Of a stretch of 64,000 bases of DNA, positions 57,127-64,000 are shown piece by piece. This stretch comes from Candidatus Omnitrophota bacterium (GTDB lineage Bacteria > Omnitrophota > Gorgyraeia > Zapsychrales > Fredricksoniimonadaceae), in contig JAUSEK010000019.1 of assembly GCA_030650275.1 (NCBI GenBank), positions 144 to 64,143 of the forward strand, read 5' to 3'. Numbering within the stretch: position 1 is the stretch's first letter; each line of letters starts with the position of its first letter. Under the pieces are notes generated by a model that worked only from the letters and a program-made list of their open reading frames with translations, ran no database searches and was not told the DNA's origin. The position numbers were made by a program, and so were the translations under genes.

Positions 57127-58335
57127 ATGATCAAACGTCGTCAAACACCTGTTGTAGTTGTCGGCCCGGTTCTTTTGGGCGCTGGCCAGCCGGTGCGCAT
57201 CCAGTCCATGACCGATACGCCCACCGCGGACGTTGAGGCCACGTTGGCCCAGACCAAGTCGCTCATTGAGGCCGGCTCTGAATTGGTGCGCTGGACCATC
57301 AATGACAATGACGCGGCCAAAGGAGCGGCCGAGGCCATACGCCGCCTGCGCAGTGAGGGCATCACCACACCCATCATCGGTGATTTTCATTTCAACGGCC
57401 ACACGCTTTTGAACAAACATCCCGAAACCGCCCGTTTGCTGGACAAATACCGCATCAATCCCGGCAATGTGGGTAAGGGCAAAATGCACGACGACAATTT
57501 CGCGCAGATCGTCAAGATCGCCGTGGATAACGGCAAGGCCGTGCGCATCGGCGTCAACTGGGGGTCCTTGGACCAGGAGCTTTTGACGGCAATGATGGAT
57601 GCCAATGCGCGTCTGGCTAACCCTAAGGATTTCCGCGATGTGACCATTGATGCCATGATCCAAAGCGCTTTGCGCTCGTCGGAATACGCCATTAAATTGG
57701 GTTTGCCCAAGGAAAAAATTGTCTTGAGCGTGAAAATGTCGGTTCTGCAGGACATGGTCGCGGCGTATCGCCGTCTGGCCGCATCCTGCGATCTTGCTTT
57801 GCATTTGGGATTGACCGAGGCCGGGGCTGATGTCAAAGGCGTGGCGTCGAGCGCCGCGGCCTTGTCCATTTTATTGCAGGAAGGCATCGGCGATACCATC
57901 CGCGTTTCCCTGACGCCCCAGCCCAATGTGCCGCGCGCCAAAGAAGTGGAAGTGTGCAAAGAGGTCTTGCAGGCCATGGGGTTTCGGCATTTTGCGCCGA
58001 GCGTCACCAGTTGTCCCGGATGCGGCAGGACGTCGAGCGATTATTTTCAGTATCTGGCCCGCGACATCAATGACCATATCAAATTGAAAATGCCGGCGTG
58101 GAAAAGCAGGTATCCGGGCATTGAGCAATTAAAGATCGCGGTGATGGGATGTGTTGTCAACGGTCCCGGCGAGAGCAGGCACGCGGATATCGGCATCAGT
58201 CTGCCCGGTACCTCCGAGACGCCCATCGCGCCCGTTTACGTGGATGGCAAAGAATCCGTGACGCTCAAAGGCGGGAGAATTAAGGAAGAGTTTATTGATA
58301 TTCTTGAGAATTACATCAAAAAGCGGTATGCGTAA
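57127..58335 (+). CDS. ispG: (E)-4-hydroxy-3-methylbut-2-enyl-diphosphate synthase (flavodoxin).
   Basis: IspG/GcpE TIM-barrel N-terminus VRIQSMTDT and a C-terminal 4Fe-4S Cys cluster SCPGCGRT. Confidence 0.85.
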   Translation: MIKRRQTPVVVVGPVLLGAGQPVRIQSMTDTPTADVEATLAQTKSLIEAGSELVRWTINDNDAAKGAAEAIRRLRSEGITTPIIGDFHFNGHTLLNKHPETARLLDKYRINPGNVGKGKMHDDNFAQIVKIAVDNGKAVRIGVNWGSLDQELLTAMMDANARLANPKDFRDVTIDAMIQSALRSSEYAIKLGLPKEKIVLSVKMSVLQDMVAAYRRLAASCDLALHLGLTEAGADVKGVASSAAALSILLQEGIGDTIRVSLTPQPNVPRAKEVEVCKEVLQAMGFRHFAPSVTSCPGCGRTSSDYFQYLARDINDHIKLKMPAWKSRYPGIEQLKIAVMGCVVNGPGESRHADIGISLPGTSETPIAPVYVDGKESVTLKGGRIKEEFIDILENYIKKRYA

Positions 58336-58336
58336 T

Positions 58337-58834
58337 ATGGAATCTTCCGACAAGAAGTCGCTGATGCAGCTTCACCCCAGAAGGGTTGACATTGTCCTTC
58401 TGATCCTCACTTCAGCCGTATTGCTTTATAAGGGTTTTCAACTCCCTGTCCTGACGGTAAGAAAGTTGTGGGAAAAGAACACCTTTTCGATCCTTTCAGG
58501 CATTGATAATCTTTGGGCGGAAGAGTATTATTTTCTGGCAGCTCTCATTTTTTTCTTTTCGGTTGCTTTTCCTGTTGTAAAATTATTTTTTCTTGCGGTG
58601 ATCTGGTTTGTGAAGTTAGGGAATGAGCTGAGAAGAAAAATGCTTTTTTGTCTGGAAGTTTTGGGCAGATGGTCGATGCTGGATGTTTTTATCGCCGCTG
58701 TTCTGGTCGTGACCGTCAAATTAGGCGCTTTGGCATCGGCCAATCTGGAAGACGGGATCTATTTTTTCGGAATGTCCATTTTGCTGGCCATGATCGCCAC
58801 TAATTTAGTGGATTATTTGGCGCGCCGCGTTTAA
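58337..58834 (+). CDS. PqiA-family (paraquat-inducible protein A-like) integral membrane protein, single-domain form.
   Basis: Four predicted TM helices with the conserved ..GRWSMLDVF..A..V.. region typical of PqiA repeats. Confidence 0.55.
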   Translation: MESSDKKSLMQLHPRRVDIVLLILTSAVLLYKGFQLPVLTVRKLWEKNTFSILSGIDNLWAEEYYFLAALIFFFSVAFPVVKLFFLAVIWFVKLGNELRRKMLFCLEVLGRWSMLDVFIAAVLVVTVKLGALASANLEDGIYFFGMSILLAMIATNLVDYLARRV

Positions 58835-59295
58835 TCATATTTTCTCCACGTCTTTGTCTTGCCGTCGTAAATCTCTTTCACACGTTGATCAGCGGGTAAT
58901 CCATCCTCCAGCGGCCAGGCCGTGACTTCCAGTTTATTCCCGTCAATATCGTAGAAATACAGTGACCAGCTTTTTTCGCGTTTTTTGGCGTATTCAATGG
59001 TGACGCCATGTTCTTCCAGACGCTTGATCATGGGTCCAAAATCGTCGGAGTGGACGCGGAACGAAAAATGATTGGCACCCAAGCCCTCATGAGCAAAAGG
59101 GTGCGCATCGTCAAGGTTCTTAGCTTGGATGATCCCCAGCAAGGAGGGGCCGCAGTCCAAAAAGTATTCAATCCCGGGTTTGGATGGTTCGCGCGCGGTG
59201 ATTTTTAAGCCGATCACCTTCGTGTAGAACTCAACCGACTTGTCTAAGTCGCGCACGTTCAAAGCCACGTGATCTATGCCCTGAATTCTGATCAT
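58831..59295 (-). CDS. VOC/glyoxalase-family protein.
   Basis: IDHVALNVRDLDKSVEFYTKVIGL is the VOC N-terminal metal-binding module. Confidence 0.75.
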   Translation of the reverse strand: MIRIQGIDHVALNVRDLDKSVEFYTKVIGLKITAREPSKPGIEYFLDCGPSLLGIIQAKNLDDAHPFAHEGLGANHFSFRVHSDDFGPMIKRLEEHGVTIEYAKKREKSWSLYFYDIDGNKLEVTAWPLEDGLPADQRVKEIYDGKTKTWRKYD

Positions 59296-60095
59296 ATTTT
59301 GACTGTCCGTTCGATCTTACGCTGTTTGAAAATAAGATATTCGTTGTACCCGATGGACTTGGCCAGATCAACGGCCTTGTCAAAATCGCGGCCCACGTCC
59401 TTGGGGTCATGCGCGTCCGAGCCGAAGGTGAGCGGCACACCGGCTTCGTGATAAATTTTCAGGCAGGCGGGGGCAGGGTACATTTCCTTGACGGGTTTTC
59501 TTAGGCCCGAGGTGTTGATCTCAACAGCAACGCCGGTTTCCTTGAAGACCTTGGCCGTGGCTTTGACCTCGTCGGTCAGGTCCGCGGTCGGCCTGTAGCC
59601 GAATTTTTTGGGCAGATCGCAGTGGCCGATGATATTAAAGAAGCCGGTTTTGGCGCTTTGGCGCAACAGGGCGTAGTAATCACGGTAGATTTGGTTGATG
59701 TCCTTTGTTTTCCATTCTTCAACGGTGGCGGGGTCATCCACAGCCCAGCCGTTGATAAAGTGCACGGACCCGATGATATAGTCGTACGGATAGCCGTCAA
59801 TGATGGCCTTGGTCTTGGCTTCAAAGCCGGGGATAAAATCCGATTCCAGCGCCGTCTTGATGGTGATCCGGCCGGCGTACTTGGCACGTACTTCTTCGAT
59901 CATGCGATGGTAGAGGGGCAGTTCGTCGAGGTCCATGGTGATGCCCGGCATGGGCTCATGGACCATGGGCGCGTGGTCGGAAAAACCTATTTCCTTGAGG
60001 CCCGCCTTGAGCCCAAAGCCAACGTATTCTTCGGGACTGCCAACGGCATGCCCGCAAAGAGGGGTGTGCATGTGATAATCGGTCTGGGGCAACAT
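59292..60095 (-). CDS. PHP-family histidinol-phosphatase.
   Basis: DYHMHTPLCGH is the PHP motif I; a 267-aa HisJ/HisK-type protein. Confidence 0.75.
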   Translation of the reverse strand: MLPQTDYHMHTPLCGHAVGSPEEYVGFGLKAGLKEIGFSDHAPMVHEPMPGITMDLDELPLYHRMIEEVRAKYAGRITIKTALESDFIPGFEAKTKAIIDGYPYDYIIGSVHFINGWAVDDPATVEEWKTKDINQIYRDYYALLRQSAKTGFFNIIGHCDLPKKFGYRPTADLTDEVKATAKVFKETGVAVEINTSGLRKPVKEMYPAPACLKIYHEAGVPLTFGSDAHDPKDVGRDFDKAVDLAKSIGYNEYLIFKQRKIERTVKI

Positions 60096-60162
60096 AAGCG
60101 TTGATTATAGCAGAGCTTTGCCAATTTACAATGGTAGACAGCGTCCGGCAGCTGTGTTATGA

Positions 60163-60711
60163 TTGGCACTTATGGATGAATTTTTCCGCAAAATGATCGA
60201 AAGCATCGGGGAAGACCCCAAGCGCGAAGGCCTGCTCAAGACGCCTCACCGCGCGGCGCGGGCTTTTGAATTCATGACCCAGGGGTACAAGACAGACGTC
60301 AAGGAGATCGTCAATAACGCGGTCTTCACGTCCGATAATGACGAAATGGTCATCGTCAAGGACATTGAAATGTATTCCCTGTGCGAGCACCATATGCTGC
60401 CGTTTTTCGGCCGGGCCCACATCGGTTATATTCCCAACGGCAAGATCATCGGTCTTTCCAAAATAGCCCGCATCGTGGACATGTATGCCCGGCGCCTGCA
60501 GGTGCAGGAAAATCTGACCAAGGAGATCGCGCAAACCCTGATGCACGTCACCGGCGCTTTGGGTGTCGGGGTCGTTATCGAGGCCCAACATTTGTGCATG
60601 ATGATGCGCGGGGTTGAAAAACAGAACTGCTGCATGAAAACATCCTGCATGCTGGGCGCGTTCCGTAAAGACGCTTCCACCCGCACGGAATTCTTGAGTT
60701 TAATCAAATGA
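60163..60711 (+). CDS. folE: GTP cyclohydrolase I.
   Basis: ..[19 protein letters not shown].. and ..[10 protein letters not shown].. motifs. Confidence 0.85.
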   Translation: MALMDEFFRKMIESIGEDPKREGLLKTPHRAARAFEFMTQGYKTDVKEIVNNAVFTSDNDEMVIVKDIEMYSLCEHHMLPFFGRAHIGYIPNGKIIGLSKIARIVDMYARRLQVQENLTKEIAQTLMHVTGALGVGVVIEAQHLCMMMRGVEKQNCCMKTSCMLGAFRKDASTRTEFLSLIK

Positions 60712-61424
60712 CATTCAAAGGCACGGCTCTGGTGACCGGCGCGGCCAAACGTTTGGGCGCGGCTGTTGCTTTGCATTTGGCAGGGCAGGGGCATCACGTC
60801 GCTTTGCATTATAACCGTTCCAAGACAGAGGCCATGAAAACAGCCCAGGCCATTTATAAAACAGGCGTGCGCTGTGAATTGTTCGCCTGCGACTTGTCCG
60901 ATGAAAAAGCCGTGTCGGGCCTTGTCGGCCAGGTCCACCGGTCCATGCCGAACTTAAATCTTTTGGTCAACAGCGCTTCCATGTTCATCCCCGGCCGTTT
61001 CGGGGGGGACATGGGTTTATTTAAAACGCACTGGGACATCAATTTTAAAGCGCCCTATATCCTGTCCTGCGCTTTTGTCCGGATGGTCAAAAAGGGGCAC
61101 ATCATCAATTTTATTGATACCAACGTGGCCAAGAACGTCACCCGTTATGAGGATTACCTTTTGACTAAAAAGACCTTGTATGCGTTCACCAAAATGGCCG
61201 CGGCCGCGTGGGGTCCGCATATCCGCGTTAACGGCATCTCTCCGGGCATGATTCTTTCGCCGGTGAATCACCCGTCGGATGACCGCGCCCGTCGCGCGAA
61301 AAAGATCCCGTTGCAGAGGGTCGGGCATCCCAAATACATCGTGCAGACCCTGCAATTCCTGCTGGACAACGATTATCTCACCGGCCAGATCATTGCCACG
61401 GACGGCGGAGAGGGGTTGGTTTAA
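60708..61424 (+). CDS. SDR-family reductase, pteridine reductase / FolM-like.
   Basis: [11 protein letters not shown] Rossmann motif and a YxxxK catalytic dyad. It sits between folE and folB. Confidence 0.6.
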   Translation: MTFKGTALVTGAAKRLGAAVALHLAGQGHHVALHYNRSKTEAMKTAQAIYKTGVRCELFACDLSDEKAVSGLVGQVHRSMPNLNLLVNSASMFIPGRFGGDMGLFKTHWDINFKAPYILSCAFVRMVKKGHIINFIDTNVAKNVTRYEDYLLTKKTLYAFTKMAAAAWGPHIRVNGISPGMILSPVNHPSDDRARRAKKIPLQRVGHPKYIVQTLQFLLDNDYLTGQIIATDGGEGLV

Positions 61425-61786
61425 TGATGGCTACCATACGCATCAACGATCTTCGCCTGCGCGCCTTCATCGGCACCCACCCTTGGGAACGCAGGAACAA
61501 ACAGGACCTCATCCTGAATTTGGCCATCTGCTACGATGCTTCCAAAGCGTCCAAGTCCGACCGCCTGAAGGATGCCCTGGATTACGAAGCCCTGACTGAA
61601 AGGGTGGGCCGCACGGTCCAGCGTTCCCGGCACTATCTATTAGAGAAGCTGGCGGCCAAGGTGCTGGACGTGGTGCTTGCGGCTGACCCCAGGGTCAGCG
61701 GCGCCTGGGTGCGTCTGGACAAGCCCCATGCCATCGGCGAAGCCCGTTCGGTGTCTTTTGAGCTTGCGCGCGCCTTGAAAAAATAA
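61424..61786 (+). CDS. folB: Dihydroneopterin aldolase.
   Basis: FolB fold; the start IRINDLRLRAFIGTHPWER is typical. Confidence 0.8.
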   Translation: MMATIRINDLRLRAFIGTHPWERRNKQDLILNLAICYDASKASKSDRLKDALDYEALTERVGRTVQRSRHYLLEKLAAKVLDVVLAADPRVSGAWVRLDKPHAIGEARSVSFELARALKK

Positions 61787-61827
61787 ATTTTCCTTGCACC
61801 CGACACAGGCATTGGTAATATAGCCCT

Positions 61828-62565
61828 ATGTTCAAAGATCAGGTGGTTTTGGTGACCGGGTCCACCCGGGGCATCGGCAAAGAGATCGCCAAGGCCTTTG
61901 CCGGTCAGGGGGCGAGTGTCATTGTGATCGGCCGTGACGCCGGACAGGCGGGCCAGGCAGCTGCTGAAATCATTGCAAACGGCGGTTCGGCAGACGGTTA
62001 CGCGTGCGACGTAACGGATGGCAACAGCGTCCAAGAAACGGTCAATAAAATTCTTGACAAACATAAGCGCATTGATATATTAGTCAACAACGCCGGCATC
62101 ACGCGTGACAATCTGCTCTTGAGGATCGACGAGTCCGATTGGGACGAGGTCATCAGGGTCAATCTCAAGGGCGTTTTTAATGTCACCAAGGTGATTGCCA
62201 GGGCGATGCTCAAAGCCAAAAAGGGCAAGATCATCAGCATCGCATCGGTCATTGGAATTACGGGGAACGCGGGACAGGCCAATTACGCGGCGAGCAAGGC
62301 CGGCATCATCGGTTTTTCCAAGTCCGTCGCCAAAGAACTGGCGTCCCGGGGCATCACGGTCAACGTCGTGGCGCCCGGATACATCCTCACCGACATGACC
62401 GCCCGGCTTTCCCAGGCGGTCCAGGATGGTATCATGAAGGACATCCCCTTGCAGCATTTTGGCAGTCCCCGCGATGTGGCCGGCGTATGCATGTTTTTGG
62501 CCTCACCGGCGGCGGACTATATCACCGGCCAGACCATCGTCGTTGACGGCGGTTTGACGCTTTAA
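61828..62565 (+). CDS. fabG: 3-oxoacyl-[acyl-carrier-protein] reductase.
   Basis: Classical SDR with VTGSTRGIG and a YAASKAG catalytic motif, upstream of acpP. Confidence 0.85.
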   Translation: MFKDQVVLVTGSTRGIGKEIAKAFAGQGASVIVIGRDAGQAGQAAAEIIANGGSADGYACDVTDGNSVQETVNKILDKHKRIDILVNNAGITRDNLLLRIDESDWDEVIRVNLKGVFNVTKVIARAMLKAKKGKIISIASVIGITGNAGQANYAASKAGIIGFSKSVAKELASRGITVNVVAPGYILTDMTARLSQAVQDGIMKDIPLQHFGSPRDVAGVCMFLASPAADYITGQTIVVDGGLTL

Positions 62566-62568
62566 GGG

Positions 62569-62596
62569 TAGGGGCGGGGTAACCCCGCCCGTACAG
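62569..62596. repeat. Variant of the GTAGGGG...CCC(G)TACAGGA palindrome family, with interior GCGGGGTAACCCCGC, lying between fabG and acpP.
   Basis: Read directly. Confidence 0.7.
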
Positions 62597-62620
62597 GAGT
62601 AATAACAAGGAGGTTTCTCA

Positions 62621-62857
62621 ATGGCAGCACAAGACAAGATCAAATCGATCATTGCCGAACAATTGGGTGTCAAACCGGAAGAGGTCACTCCCGGCGCGTC
62701 GTTCGTGGACGATCTGGGGGCGGATTCTCTGGACACCGTTGAATTGATCATGGCCCTGGAAGAGGAATTCAACATTGAGATCCCCGATGAGGACGCTGAA
62801 AAGATGAAGACGGTGGGGGACGCGATCAAATACATTGAAGAAAAAGCCAGCGTTTAA
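62621..62857 (+). CDS. acpP: Acyl carrier protein.
   Basis: DLGADSLD phosphopantetheine-attachment motif; 78 aa. Confidence 0.9.
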   Translation: MAAQDKIKSIIAEQLGVKPEEVTPGASFVDDLGADSLDTVELIMALEEEFNIEIPDEDAEKMKTVGDAIKYIEEKASV

Positions 62858-62887
62858 GTTTTGGTCCAGGCGTTCTTTGTTTCACCT

Positions 62888-62916
62888 TTGCCCCGGCTTT
62901 GAGGTCGGGGCAAAAT
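62888..62916 (+). terminator. Stem-loop TTGCCCCG-GCTTTGAGGT-CGGGGCAA followed by AATTTTA; candidate attenuator or terminator between acpP and fabF.
   Basis: Read directly. An acpP-fabF intergenic hairpin is a common arrangement. Confidence 0.45.
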
Positions 62917-62934
62917 TTTAATAGGGGTTTTTGA

Positions 62935-64000
62935 ATGCATAAAAAACGTGTGGTCGTCACCGGCATGGGGGCGCTTAGCCCGGTCGGCAGCGGCACAGAA
63001 AAGTTTTGGAAAGCATTGGTCGCGGGCCAAAGCGGCATACGCCCCATCACGCATTTTGATGCCTCTGCTTTTGATTCGCGCATCAACGGCGATGTCATTG
63101 ACTATGACCCTTTGCAGCATTTTTCCACCAAGGATGCCCGTAATCTGTCACGGTTCATCCAGTTCGGTGTGGTCGCGGCCAATGAAGCCATGGCGCATTC
63201 CAAACTGGAGATCAAGAACATGGACCCTTACCGCGTCGGGGTCATCGTGGGCTCGGGCATCGGCAGCATGGCTTCCGCCGAGGAGGAGTATGAGAAATTT
63301 TTGGCCAAGGGCCCCGGCCGCATTACACCGTTCTTTATCCCCAAGATGATCATCAACGAGGCCGCGGGCCAGATCTCCATCAATTTAGGCGCCAGAGGCC
63401 ATTGTTCAGCGGTGGTCACCGCCTGCTCGACAGGCAATAATTGTATCGGCGATGCTTTTCGCATGATCCAGCACGGGGAAGCCGAGGCGATGATCGCCGG
63501 CGGCGCTGAAAGCGCCACGTCTGTTTTGGGTCTTGGCGGATTTTGCGCTCTGAAGGCCTTGTCCAAATGCAATGACGCGCCCCAGAAAGCAAGCCGGCCT
63601 TTTGATCTTAACCGCGACGGTTTTGTCATGGCCGAAGGCGCGGGGATCGTTATTTTGGAAGAATTGGGATTCGCGAAAAAACGGGGGGCCCGCATTTTGG
63701 CCGAGGTGGTTGGTTACGGCTCCACCGCCGACGCGTATCATATCACCGCGCCGCATGAAGAGGGGGAAGGGGCGGTGAAGTCCATGGAATTCGCGCTCAA
63801 GGACGCGGGATTGACCGTCCAGGACATTTCTTACATCAATGCCCACGGCACGTCAACGAAACTCAATGACCAGATCGAGACCCTGGCGATCAGGAAGGTC
63901 TTTAAGGACAGGGCCAAGAAAGTCCCCATTTCTTCAACCAAGTCCATGACCGGCCATTTGCTGGGCGCTGCCGGCGCCATTGAACTCATTGCCTGTATCA
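62935..64000 (+). CDS. fabF: 3-oxoacyl-[acyl-carrier-protein] synthase II, truncated at its 3' end by the window edge.
   Basis: My own translation from the ATG at 62935 gives [44 protein letters not shown]..., the KAS II N-terminus. It is absent from the ORF track because no stop falls within the window. Confidence 0.8.
   Translation, partial: MHKKRVVVTGMGALSPVGSGTEKFWKALVAGQSGIRPITHFDASAFDSRINGDVIDYDPLQHFSTKDARNLSRFIQFGVVAANEAMAHSKLEIKNMDPYRVGVIVGSGIGSMASAEEEYEKFLAKGPGRITPFFIPKMIINEAAGQISINLGARGHCSAVVTACSTGNNCIGDAFRMIQHGEAEAMIAGGAESATSVLGLGGFCALKALSKCNDAPQKASRPFDLNRDGFVMAEGAGIVILEELGFAKKRGARILAEVVGYGSTADAYHITAPHEEGEGAVKSMEFALKDAGLTVQDISYINAHGTSTKLNDQIETLAIRKVFKDRAKKVPISSTKSMTGHLLGAAGAIELIACI

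Noticed and set aside
57019-57804. A 261-aa minus-strand ORF.
   Set aside because: It is antisense to ispG; a shadow ORF.
1-64000. CRISPR arrays, tRNA or rRNA genes.
   Set aside because: No regularly spaced direct repeats were seen. No cloverleaf-compatible stretch of about 75 nt was found in the intergenic spacers, and no rRNA-like conserved blocks. The repeats present are palindromic, not spacer-interleaved direct repeats.

Overview
This 64 kb window reads as a bacterial chromosome of roughly 55-58% GC, probably from an uncultivated lineage; I cannot name the taxon from sequence alone. Genes are densely packed and mostly co-directional.

The core housekeeping content is as follows.
- A 5'-truncated giant envelope-like protein, followed by a secreted coiled-coil protein carrying repeated TPR-like units.
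- A thiol-redox cluster: ilvBN, a Grx4/BolA-IbaG pair, gshA/gshB, a second bolA and a flavoprotein disulfide reductase.
- tRNA-modification genes (dus, mtaB, miaB), plus nadA and metXW.
- An Rrf2-sufBCDSU Fe-S assembly operon preceded by nfu and pcd.
- moaA, and a murB/rhodanese/moaE/ferredoxin/ispH group followed by ispG.
- folE/folB with an SDR between them, and fabG-acpP-fabF at the end of the window.

The most interesting part is a roughly 18 kb region at about 35.5-54.1 kb, visibly AT-richer over its first ~14 kb, inserted directly after moaA. It is a mosaic defense island. It carries:
- a CapRel-like RelA/SpoT-domain protein (candidate fused toxSAS);
- a complete Type I R-M system (hsdM, hsdS, hsdR);
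- a GmrSD-like DUF262/DUF1524 type IV nuclease;
- a translationally overlapping pair made of an SNF2/RapA-like helicase and an Hsp70/actin-fold ATPase. I do not recognise this pairing as a described system, and it is the top candidate for novelty;
- a MazG-like NTP pyrophosphatase, plus a pseudogenised fragment copy of the same gene elsewhere in the island;
- an ORF6N protein, an AbiEii nucleotidyltransferase with a downstream HTH partner, and a Bro-N protein.

The last three modules (ORF6N, AbiEii+HTH, Bro-N) are each preceded by the same roughly 80 bp unit containing a near-consensus sigma70 promoter and a conserved leader.

Several palindromic repeat families are scattered through the core genome. 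They share GTAGGGG...CCCCTACAGGA ends or TTATGGGGACA...TGTCCCCATAA ends, or are ATTCCCGA/TCGGGAAT hairpin units; one copy sits in-frame inside a coding region.

I found no rRNA, tRNA or CRISPR array. All calls rest on recognising protein motifs in the supplied translations and on reading the DNA by eye. No database search was run.
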